Part shown: in pieces, positions 48,371 through 56,661 of the stretch
Layout of the letters: every line of letters begins with the position of its first letter
Numbering within the stretch: the stretch's first letter is position 1
Assembly: GCA_043800555.1 (NCBI GenBank)
Contig: JAZDMX010000003.1
Span: 240,033 to 304,032, forward strand
DNA from: Candidatus Omnitrophota bacterium
GTDB taxonomy: Bacteria; Omnitrophota; Gorgyraeia; Gygaellales; Profunditerraquicolaceae
Direction: 5' to 3'
DNA: 64,000 nt
Translations under genes and position numbers: made by a program
Notes under the pieces: model-generated
Databases searched by the model: none
What the model was told of the DNA's origin: nothing
Seen by the model: only the letters and a program-made list of their open reading frames with translations

Positions 48371-49806
48371 AATATGAACCAGTCATAGGCCTGGAAGTCC
48401 ATTTGCATTTAAATACAAAAACCAAGGCTTTCTGCGGATGCCCTACGGATTTTGGAAAAGAGCCAAATTCGCAAACCTGCCCTGTTTGCTTAGGCCTTCC
48501 CGGTTCTTTGCCGGTTTACAATCAGCTTGCCCTGGAGTATGCTATAAGAGTCGCTCTTTCCTTAAGCTGCCAGGTGCGGGAGTATACTAAATTTGACCGT
48601 AAGAATTATTTCTATCCTGACCTGCCCAAGAATTATCAAATTTCGCAATACGATCTTCCTTTGTCTTCTTGCGGTTATCTTGATATCGAACTAAATGGCC
48701 TGGTCAAGCGTATCGGCATAACGCGCGTGCATATGGAAGAAGACGCGGGGAAGCTTATCCATCAGGATAATTGTAGCTTCTTAGATTTTAACCGCGCGGG
48801 CGTCCCGCTTTTAGAGATTGTAAGCGAGCCGGATATGAATTCTCCGGAAGAAGCCTACGAGTATTTATCCAGCCTGAAAAGCACTATTCAATACCTTGAT
48901 GTTTCGGATTGCGATATGGAGAAAGGTTCGCTGCGTTGCGATGCCAATATCTCATTAAGGCCGGCAGGAGAAAAAACTCTCGGGGTAAAAACAGAATTAA
49001 AGAATATGAATTCATTCAAGGGGGTTAAAGACGCTTTAAGTTATGAAATCAGCCGCCAGGGGCAAATACTGGATTCCGGCAAGCAGCTTACGCAGGAAAC
49101 GCGGCTTTGGGATGCTAAGGCCCAGGAAACAGTTTCGATGCGCACTAAAGAGGGGGCCAAGGATTACCGTTATTTTCCGGAGCCGGATTTACCTCCTTTT
49201 GTGATCAAAGAGGATAAAATCGCGGAAATCGGTAAAAGCCTACCCGAATTGCCAAAAGCAAAAACGCGCCGTTTCATTGAAGAATACGGTTTATCCGGAT
49301 ATGACGCTAAGGCCCTGGCTAGTTCCAGGGCTGTTAGTGAATTTAGCGAAGAGGCGATGAAGAAATACCCGGATACAAATAAGAAACCGGTAGCCAATTG
49401 GATAATCGGGCCCCTGGCTGCTTTGGCATCCGGGCATAATTGCCAGGCCCATGAACTGAAGATTTCGCCCGCTAACCTTATCGGGCTGATTGAATTAGTT
49501 GAAAAGGAACAGGTTATTTCTCATCTTGCCGGAAAAGCTGTTTTGGAAGAAATGCATAAGACCGGGCAAGCGGCCCGGGAAATAATCGAAGAAAAAAACC
49601 TGGCCCAGGTTTCCGATTCAGCCAGCCTAAATAGCGTCATTGAAGAAGCAATCAAAGAAAACCCCAAGTCGGTTTCCGACTTTAAAGCCGGCAAGGCTAA
49701 CGCGGTTATGTTCCTGGTAGGCCAGGCAATGCGTAAAAGCTCCGGCAAGGCAAACCCTAAGGCCTTGCAAGAGCTGATAAAGAAAAGGCTGGAAAGTGCG
49801 CAATAA
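48367..49806 (+). CDS. gatB: Asp-tRNA(Asn)/Glu-tRNA(Gln) amidotransferase subunit B
   Basis: MKYEPVIGLEVH aligns with the canonical GatB N-terminus (ATGA overlap with gatA); an in-frame ATG at 48343 is an alternative start. Confidence 0.93.
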   Translation: MKYEPVIGLEVHLHLNTKTKAFCGCPTDFGKEPNSQTCPVCLGLPGSLPVYNQLALEYAIRVALSLSCQVREYTKFDRKNYFYPDLPKNYQISQYDLPLSSCGYLDIELNGLVKRIGITRVHMEEDAGKLIHQDNCSFLDFNRAGVPLLEIVSEPDMNSPEEAYEYLSSLKSTIQYLDVSDCDMEKGSLRCDANISLRPAGEKTLGVKTELKNMNSFKGVKDALSYEISRQGQILDSGKQLTQETRLWDAKAQETVSMRTKEGAKDYRYFPEPDLPPFVIKEDKIAEIGKSLPELPKAKTRRFIEEYGLSGYDAKALASSRAVSEFSEEAMKKYPDTNKKPVANWIIGPLAALASGHNCQAHELKISPANLIGLIELVEKEQVISHLAGKAVLEEMHKTGQAAREIIEEKNLAQVSDSASLNSVIEEAIKENPKSVSDFKAGKANAVMFLVGQAMRKSSGKANPKALQELIKKRLESAQ

Positions 49807-51016
49807 ACTGATTTTTTCGTCAGCCCTGGTAATTTTACTTTTCGGCTCGGCATCATTGGCAATTTCTTTTGAGCGCAATAAACGGGACGATCTATACCGG
49901 CAAGTTGAGATCTTTTCGGATGTCCTGGCGATAGTGGATTCCGAGTATGTTGATGAAGTAAAGCCAAAAGACGAGATCTATGGCGCGCTAAAAGGGATGG
50001 TTTCATCTTTAGACCCGCATAGCCAGTTTATGGATCCGCAGGCTTATAATGAATTAAAAGAAGATACCGAAGGAAAATTTGGCGGCCTGGGAATTGAAAT
50101 TTCCGTTAGAAACGGAGGGCTCGTCATAATTAGCCCCCTAGAAGGCACTCCTGCCTGGAAAGCAGGGCTTAAGCCCGGGGATAAAATTGTTAAGATCAAC
50201 GCTGTTTCAACTAGCGGCATTGGCTTGGATGAGGCAATGAGAAAACTGCGCGGTAATCCGAAAGAAGCAGTCAGCCTTACCGTATCAAGGGGGCCCGGGA
50301 AAAAGCTTCTGGAATTTAAGATTACGCGCGCGATTATTAAAATCAACGATATAAAGCAAGCAAAAATATTAGAAGACGGGATCGGCTATATCCAGATTGT
50401 AGAATTCCGGGAGTCTACTCCTAAGGATTTCAATGTTGCCATTGAAAAATTGTCCGGGCTTGGGATAAAAGCGTTGATACTGGATTTACGCAATAACCCG
50501 GGCGGTTTGATGGAGAGCGCCCTGGAGATAACCGGAAAATTCATACCCGAAGGAAAATTAATTGTTTCCTCTAAAGGCCGGAAGCAAAATCAAAACCTTG
50601 AGTTTAAGTCAGAAGATAAGCATCCGCTCCTTAAGCTGCCTCTGGCAATTTTAATTAACGCGGGATCTGCTTCCGGAAGCGAAATTATTGCCGCGGCCTT
50701 GCAAGATTACAAGCGGGCGTTAATATTGGGGGAAAAGTCATTTGGCAAGGGTTCGATTCAGACGGTTATCCCTTTAAGCGACGGTTCAGCCCTAAGGCTG
50801 ACTACCAGTAAATATTTTACTCCCCTGGGAAAGGGGATCGACGGCAAAGGGGTATCTCCGGATGTCCTTATAGGCAATCCGGCTGATGATGAGGAAAAAG
50901 AAATTATCGAAGGGCCCGGGTTGGGCCAGGAGCCTGATAAAGGCAAGAAAGCGCCGGATTACAAGTCAGACCCCGCGGTAATGGCCGCGGTAAATTTATT
51001 AAAAACAAAACAATGA
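49796..51016 (+). CDS. ctpA: S41 family carboxyl-terminal processing protease
   Basis: 406 aa; PDZ domain; catalytic region GSASGSEI...K; GTG start overlapping gatB. Confidence 0.85.
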   Translation: MRNKLIFSSALVILLFGSASLAISFERNKRDDLYRQVEIFSDVLAIVDSEYVDEVKPKDEIYGALKGMVSSLDPHSQFMDPQAYNELKEDTEGKFGGLGIEISVRNGGLVIISPLEGTPAWKAGLKPGDKIVKINAVSTSGIGLDEAMRKLRGNPKEAVSLTVSRGPGKKLLEFKITRAIIKINDIKQAKILEDGIGYIQIVEFRESTPKDFNVAIEKLSGLGIKALILDLRNNPGGLMESALEITGKFIPEGKLIVSSKGRKQNQNLEFKSEDKHPLLKLPLAILINAGSASGSEIIAAALQDYKRALILGEKSFGKGSIQTVIPLSDGSALRLTTSKYFTPLGKGIDGKGVSPDVLIGNPADDEEKEIIEGPGLGQEPDKGKKAPDYKSDPAVMAAVNLLKTKQ

Positions 51017-51777
51017 AGAGAATTATAGGCCTAATCTTGATTTTGATTTTGGCGATGGCTGTGGTTTCCGTATTTACGCCCAAGCCCAGGAAAGCCATGA
51101 AGGCGCGCCCGAAGGCCATTAAGGGCAAAATTGCCATTGTTTTGGATGATTGGGGCTATAACCTGAATGATTTACAGCTTAGCGACGGGTTAAGCTATCC
51201 GTTTACTGCCGCGGTTTTGCCGGAAGCAACCCACACCGGGGAGGTTTCCAGGCGGCTGCATTCCCGGGGGCGCGAAATTATCCTGCATCTTCCTATGGAG
51301 CCGGAGGTGGCAAACGGCCTGGAGAAGAATACAATTATGGTTTATATGGATAAGGATGATATCTTGAGGATCCTGGACCGGGATTTAGCCAATGTTGTTT
51401 ATGCTAAAGGGGTATCCAACCATATGGGTTCAAAAGCGACTTGCGACGCAAAGACTATGGCGGTAATCTTCGGTGAACTGAAAAAACGGCACCTCTTCTT
51501 TTTAGACAGTTTTGTCACATCCAAAACCGTTTGCCGGGAACTGGCGCGAAAGCTGAAACTGGTTTCATACAGGCGGGATGTATTCTTGGACAACATAGAA
51601 GAGAAGGGGTATATTAAAAAACAGATCCTTATATTGAAAAATAAGGCTAAAGCGCATGGATTCGCCGTGGGGATAGGCCATGACCGCCAGATTACCTTGG
51701 AAGTCCTGAAGGAGGTTATGCCTAAGCTGGCCAAAGAAGGTTACGAATTCGTGTTTTTATCGGAGCTGAAAGAATGA
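51013..51777 (+). CDS. divergent polysaccharide deacetylase family protein (YibQ-like)
   Basis: 254 aa; N-terminal TM; IAIVLDDWGYN motif. Confidence 0.75.
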   Translation: MKRIIGLILILILAMAVVSVFTPKPRKAMKARPKAIKGKIAIVLDDWGYNLNDLQLSDGLSYPFTAAVLPEATHTGEVSRRLHSRGREIILHLPMEPEVANGLEKNTIMVYMDKDDILRILDRDLANVVYAKGVSNHMGSKATCDAKTMAVIFGELKKRHLFFLDSFVTSKTVCRELARKLKLVSYRRDVFLDNIEEKGYIKKQILILKNKAKAHGFAVGIGHDRQITLEVLKEVMPKLAKEGYEFVFLSELKE

Positions 51778-51859
51778 TTTTCGATTTGCCAGGGGAGTTT
51801 ATCCTTGATAACGGAAGCATCCGAAACGCCGCAGGCTCACCAGGCATAGGAGCCCGGCG

Positions 51860-52837
51860 ATGATAGTTTTAGGCATAGAGACATCCTGCGATGAGACCTC
51901 GGCGGCAGTAGTTGAAGATGGCAGGAAAATCTTAGCTAATTCCGTTGCCTCAAGCCTTGAATTCCATAAGAAATACGGGGGGGTTGTCCCCGAGATAGCT
52001 TCCCGTATGCAGATGGAAACAATTACCGGCATTACGGAGAGCGCCGTAAAGAAATCAAAGATACGCTTAAAGGATATTGATTTAATCAGCGTAACTAACG
52101 GCCCGGGGCTTATCGGCTCATTATTGGTAGGAGTATCATTCGCTAAATCCTTGAGCCTGTGCCTGGAGAAGCCGCTGTTGGGAGTCAACCATGTGCATAG
52201 CCATTTTTACGCTAGTTTTCTTTCCGGGAAAAAGATAAAATTGCCTTTTACGGCTTTAGTCGTTTCCGGCGGGCATACGAATTTATATTATGTCCGGGAT
52301 TTTGATAAGATTGAATTGCTTGGCCAAACCCAGGATGATGCCTGCGGAGAGGCCTTTGATAAAGCGGCTAAGATCCTGGGGCTGGGATATCCCGGCGGCC
52401 CGGCGATCGAGAAAATAGCGGAAACAGGCGATCCCGGGAAAATAAAATTTAAATGCTCGGGGACAAAAAATGAGTTGGATTTCAGCTTTAGCGGGATAAA
52501 AACCGCGGTTTTATATTATTCCCGGGATAACCGGGCATCTCCAATCAGGGATATCGCCGCTTCCTTCCAGGAAACGGTCATAGACGCCCTTATTAAAAAG
52601 TCTTTGTTAGCCTGTAAAATTAAGAAAACAAACAGGCTGGTTATCGGAGGCGGGGTTGTGGCGAACAGGCGTTTGAGAGAGAAATTCTATCAAGCTGGCC
52701 AAGGAGCAGGCCTGGATTGTTATTTCCCTCAAATTACGCTCTGCATGGATAATGCCGCGATGGTCGCGGGGTTGGGGTATCAGTTGTTTAAAAAAGGATA
52801 CCGGTCGGATTTAGGTATGGCCATAGGATTAAGTTAA
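51860..52837 (+). CDS. tsaD: tRNA N6-adenosine threonylcarbamoyltransferase TsaD
   Basis: 325 aa; MIVLGIETSCDETSAAV; HxxxH metal motif (HVHSHFYA). Confidence 0.9.
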   Translation: MIVLGIETSCDETSAAVVEDGRKILANSVASSLEFHKKYGGVVPEIASRMQMETITGITESAVKKSKIRLKDIDLISVTNGPGLIGSLLVGVSFAKSLSLCLEKPLLGVNHVHSHFYASFLSGKKIKLPFTALVVSGGHTNLYYVRDFDKIELLGQTQDDACGEAFDKAAKILGLGYPGGPAIEKIAETGDPGKIKFKCSGTKNELDFSFSGIKTAVLYYSRDNRASPIRDIAASFQETVIDALIKKSLLACKIKKTNRLVIGGGVVANRRLREKFYQAGQGAGLDCYFPQITLCMDNAAMVAGLGYQLFKKGYRSDLGMAIGLS

Positions 52838-52848
52838 GGGAGGCAAGC

Positions 52849-53301
52849 ATGCTCACGGATAACCAGATAATCTTACGGTTGGTATTGACTGTTATTTTAA
52901 GCGGTTTAATCGGGTTCGAGAGGCAGTCTCACGGTAGGACCGCAGGGCTACGCACTCATATACTGGTTGCTTTAGGATCCTGTCTTATAATGTTGACATC
53001 TATCCATGTTTTTGATATATATAAAGAAATAACCAAGCTTGACCCGGCGAGGATTGCCGCCGGAGTAATTACCGGTATCGGTTTCCTGGGCGCAGGGACC
53101 ATTATCCGCGAACAAGAAGGGGTAAGGGGCTTAACTACGGCAGCCAGCCTTTGGGTGATCGCCGGAATCGGCCTTGCCTGCGGATGCGGTTTCTTAAACG
53201 CTGCCATTTACGCCACGGTTTTGGCCCTGGTAGTCCTTTTTTTGTTAAGGCATATCGAGTTGCTGGTTTTTAGCGAAAACAGGGAAAAGCGTAAAAACTA
53301 G
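52849..53301 (+). CDS. mgtC: MgtC/SapB family membrane protein
   Basis: 150 aa; LGFERQ...GLRTH motif. Confidence 0.8.
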   Translation: MLTDNQIILRLVLTVILSGLIGFERQSHGRTAGLRTHILVALGSCLIMLTSIHVFDIYKEITKLDPARIAAGVITGIGFLGAGTIIREQEGVRGLTTAASLWVIAGIGLACGCGFLNAAIYATVLALVVLFLLRHIELLVFSENREKRKN

Positions 53302-53331
53302 GCGGATTACACAGATTACAGGAGGTGAAAT

Positions 53332-53835
53332 ATGGCTTTTAAAAAGAAACTGGAAGAAAAGGTTTTGGATGTTGATGCCTCCATGCAGGGGACTTTAAGT
53401 TTTAAGGACGCGGTGAATTTGCGCATTAATGGAAAATTCGAAGGGACACTGGAGACTAAGGGGAATTTGACCGTTGGCCCGGCCGCCGTGGTTAACGCGG
53501 ATATAATCGGAGATAATATTATTATCGGAGGCAGGGCCAAGGGAAGAATTACGGCAAAAGAAAGGTTGACCATTTTACCTACGGCAATTGTAGAGGGGAA
53601 TATTTTTCCGGCGAAGTTAAATATTGCCGAAGGGGCTATTTTAGAAGGCCGCTGCTATATGCTGCATGACTTTTTGAATGCCGAGGAGTTATCAAGGTAC
53701 CTGGAAGTGGACCTTAATTCTGTTATGGAATGGGCCAGTTCCGGCAAAGTCCCGGGCTATAAAGAAGGCAACGACTGGAAGTTCGAAAGAAAGGCGATTG
53801 ATTCCTGGGTGGCGTCGGGAAAAATAGATAAATAG
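53332..53835 (+). CDS. bactofilin (polymer-forming cytoskeletal, DUF583) fused to a C-terminal excisionase-type helix-turn-helix (HTH_17-like) domain
   Basis: 167 aa; beta-helical repeat region VGPAAVVNADIIGDNIIIGGRAKGRITAKERLTILPTAIVEGNI...; C-terminal EELSRYLEVDLNSVMEWASSGKVPGYKEGNDWKFERKAIDSWV matches the HTH_17 pattern. Confidence 0.7.
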   Translation: MAFKKKLEEKVLDVDASMQGTLSFKDAVNLRINGKFEGTLETKGNLTVGPAAVVNADIIGDNIIIGGRAKGRITAKERLTILPTAIVEGNIFPAKLNIAEGAILEGRCYMLHDFLNAEELSRYLEVDLNSVMEWASSGKVPGYKEGNDWKFERKAIDSWVASGKIDK

Positions 53836-53845
53836 GAATTAACCT

Positions 53846-54157
53846 ATGGCGGAAGATAAACTTTTAACGGTCAGAGAAGTTTCGGTGTTGCTGCGTGTTT
53901 CGGAAAAAGAGGTTATGGGCCTGGCTGAAACAGGCGTGATCCCGGCGTATAAGGTCGGGGGAGTTTACATAAGGTTTAAGAAAGAGCAGGTTTTAAGCTA
54001 CCAGAGGTCCTATCGGCCGTTAAGCGTTAAAACAGATTCCGGCCCCAAGAAAAGCCTTTTTTTCGATAACCTAAGCGATTTTTTTTATTTCAATGATTTT
54101 TATATATTGGCGATCACCCTTATGGTTTTATTGCTTTTGATAATCCTGCGGGGTTAA
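53846..54157 (+). CDS. excisionase-type HTH (HTH_17-like) protein with C-terminal transmembrane anchor
   Basis: 103 aa; LLTVREVSVLLRVSEKEVMGLAETGVIPAYKVGGVYIRFKKEQV; C-terminal hydrophobic FYILAITLMVLLLLIIL. Confidence 0.6.
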   Translation: MAEDKLLTVREVSVLLRVSEKEVMGLAETGVIPAYKVGGVYIRFKKEQVLSYQRSYRPLSVKTDSGPKKSLFFDNLSDFFYFNDFYILAITLMVLLLLIILRG

Positions 54158-54169
54158 ATTATTAAAATA

Positions 54170-54853
54170 ATGCCTTCGAGATCCGGTTTTTGTGATTTAG
54201 GTTTTGCCAAGGTGGACATTAACAGGAAAAAACGCCGTGGGTTTGCTGAAGTAATCTATTGCCCGGGCAAAACACGGGAACATCTCAAAAGCATTTCCCG
54301 CCAGTTGATAAAAAACAAACAGGACCTTTTGCTTACCCGTTTAGAGAGGCAGGTTTACGATTACCTTAAGAAGGAGATCCCCGGTTTAAAATATAATGCT
54401 TTGGCAAAAACCGCTTTCCTGGCAGCTAAAAAAACCGCTCTTTGCAAAAAAGGCCTGGTTTTAGTCATATCGGCGGGCACAGCCGACCTTCCGGTAGCCG
54501 AGGAGGCAGTGGTGACCCTTGAAATAATGGGCAACAAGGTAGAACGGCTTTATGATGTCGGCGTAGCCGGAGTGCACCGGGTTATGCGCCACGAACCGCT
54601 TTTAAGGAAAGCTAAGGTAATTATCGTGGTAGCCGGGATGGAAGGCGCGCTAGCCAGCTTAGTGAGTGGCTTGGTAAGGGCCCCGGTTATTGCCGTTCCG
54701 ACCAGTTGCGGATACGGCTCTAGCTTTCGAGGGTTATCGGCGTTATTAGCTATGCTAAACAGCTGTTCTCCGGGGATAGCTACGGTCAATATCGATAATG
54801 GATTTGGCGCCGGGTATTTTGCCAGCTTGGTAAATAATCAAATATATGGCTAA
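54170..54853 (+). CDS. larB: nickel-pincer cofactor biosynthesis protein LarB (PurE-like NaAD carboxylase/hydrolase)
   Basis: 227 aa; SAGTADLPVAEEA...ERLYDVGVAGVHR...VVAGMEGAL...IAVPTSCGYG...LNSCSPGIATVNIDNGFGA aligns closely with LarB. Confidence 0.85.
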   Translation: MPSRSGFCDLGFAKVDINRKKRRGFAEVIYCPGKTREHLKSISRQLIKNKQDLLLTRLERQVYDYLKKEIPGLKYNALAKTAFLAAKKTALCKKGLVLVISAGTADLPVAEEAVVTLEIMGNKVERLYDVGVAGVHRVMRHEPLLRKAKVIIVVAGMEGALASLVSGLVRAPVIAVPTSCGYGSSFRGLSALLAMLNSCSPGIATVNIDNGFGAGYFASLVNNQIYG

Positions 54854-55271
54854 TAGAAAAATGCAAGAAAAGATAAATTTAAAGGAAGCTGTAAAGTTTC
54901 ACGGGCATTTGGGCCCTTATTTGGTTTTAGGGATGCTTGCCGGAAACCTGGCATTAAGAAAGGCCGGAGCCAATAAACATTTTGGCTTAAAAGTTTTGGT
55001 TTACGGTGCTGACAAAAGGCCGAAATCCTGCCTTATTGACGGTTTGCAATTATCTACCGGGGCTACTTACGGCAAAGGGAACATTCAAAAGCGCCCGGGC
55101 AAAGATATTAAAATAATAATCAAGAATTTAAAAAGCGGTAAAGAAGTTGTCATTACCCTGAATGAGCAATTAAGGGTAAAATTATCTGCCCTAAAAGGGC
55201 ACAGCGAGTCGGAAAGGTTCGCTAAGTGGCTATTAAGGTCTGATTTCCGGAAAATACTTGAATTAAAATGA
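54846..55271 (+). CDS. FmdE/FwdE family protein (formylmethanofuran dehydrogenase subunit E-like domain)
   Basis: 141 aa; FHGHLGPYLVLG motif (FHGHxCPGxxxG in FmdE). Confidence 0.6.
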   Translation: MANRKMQEKINLKEAVKFHGHLGPYLVLGMLAGNLALRKAGANKHFGLKVLVYGADKRPKSCLIDGLQLSTGATYGKGNIQKRPGKDIKIIIKNLKSGKEVVITLNEQLRVKLSALKGHSESERFAKWLLRSDFRKILELK

Positions 55272-55323
55272 ATCTAGCCGGGGTTTAGAGGCTTCCGGCT
55301 ACAGCAAACGGGGGTATGCAACT

Positions 55324-56661
55324 ATGGCTTTATCGGGCTTAGATATTTACAAGCTGTTGCCGAAAACAAATTGCCGCGAATGCGGTTTCGCTACCTGCCT
55401 TGCGTTTGCCATGCAATTGGCCAAGAAGGCGGTCGGCATAGATAAATGCCCTTATCTGACTTCTGAAGTCAGGGAGAAATTGGAGGCCCAGTCTCAGCCG
55501 CCGATAAAATTGATTACTATCGGTTCCGGGGAAGCGCGCCTTGAGATTGGCAACGAAAGCGTTATGTTCAGGCACGAGGAGAAATTTTACCGCCCTGCCG
55601 GAGTGGGCTTTATCATCCCGGACAATATTTCCGACGCGGAGATTCAATCCCGGGTTGATAAGATCAATAATTTGAAATTTGAAAGGATCGGCCAGGAGCT
55701 TAAGGCCAATTTAATCGCTATTCGCCAAAATGCTTCCTCCGAGAGGTTTATTGCCGCGGTAAAGCTTGTGTCCGCCGCCACCTCTTTGGGTTTAGTCTTA
55801 ATGAGTGATGACGCGCAAGGCCTGAAAGGGGCTTTGGAGCATTTGAAAGGCAGGAGGCCTTTGATCTATCACGCTACCGAAGAAAATCTTGCTGCCTTTG
55901 CGCAGTTAGCCGGAGAATATAAAGTGCCGTTGGCCGCGCAGGCCAAAGGCCTGGAGGAGTTAAGCGCATTGACCGTTGAATTGGCCAAACGGGGGGCCGG
56001 GGATTTAGTTATAGAGACCGGCAATAAGCCGGTATCCGGGAAAATCTGGGATTTGACGCAAAGCCGCAGGCTTGCCCTAAAGAAATCCAACCGCTCCCTC
56101 GGGTATCCGTCTATAGTCGTTATCGATAACAGCGATCCTTACGAAGAAATACAGGAGGCGGCCACTTATATATCGAAATACGCCGGTATTGTCCTGGTTA
56201 AAAGCATCGAAACCTGGGCAGCCTTATCGCTTTTAACATTACGGCAAAACATTTATACCGACCCGCAAAAGCCGCTGCAAATTGAGCCTAAGCTTTATCC
56301 GGTAGGCCAGGTCAGCGATAAATCGCCGGTATTGATTACTACGAATTTCTCCCTTTCGTATTACACTGTCCTGGGTGAAGTTGAGGCCAGTAAAATACCT
56401 TCTTACATTATCAGCGTAGATACCGAGGGGATGTCGGTATTGACCGCTTGGGCAGCCGAAAAATTTACTCCCCATAAAATTACCGAGTCAATCGGAAAAT
56501 TCGGGGTTAAAGACGCGGTTTCGCATAGGCGCCTGGTTATCCCGGGTTATGTGGCGGTAATGAGCGGGGAATTGCAAGATGTCTCCGGCTTTGAGGTTAT
56601 CGTCGGCCCTAAAGAAGCGGCGGGTTTGCCCGTATTCCTTAAAAACCTCCGATATGAATAA
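55324..56661 (+). CDS. acsC: corrinoid iron-sulfur protein large subunit (AcsC / CdhE gamma subunit)
   Basis: 445 aa; N-terminal [4Fe-4S] motif CRECGFATCLAFAMQLAKK...CPY as in Moorella AcsC. Confidence 0.9.
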   Translation: MALSGLDIYKLLPKTNCRECGFATCLAFAMQLAKKAVGIDKCPYLTSEVREKLEAQSQPPIKLITIGSGEARLEIGNESVMFRHEEKFYRPAGVGFIIPDNISDAEIQSRVDKINNLKFERIGQELKANLIAIRQNASSERFIAAVKLVSAATSLGLVLMSDDAQGLKGALEHLKGRRPLIYHATEENLAAFAQLAGEYKVPLAAQAKGLEELSALTVELAKRGAGDLVIETGNKPVSGKIWDLTQSRRLALKKSNRSLGYPSIVVIDNSDPYEEIQEAATYISKYAGIVLVKSIETWAALSLLTLRQNIYTDPQKPLQIEPKLYPVGQVSDKSPVLITTNFSLSYYTVLGEVEASKIPSYIISVDTEGMSVLTAWAAEKFTPHKITESIGKFGVKDAVSHRRLVIPGYVAVMSGELQDVSGFEVIVGPKEAAGLPVFLKNLRYE

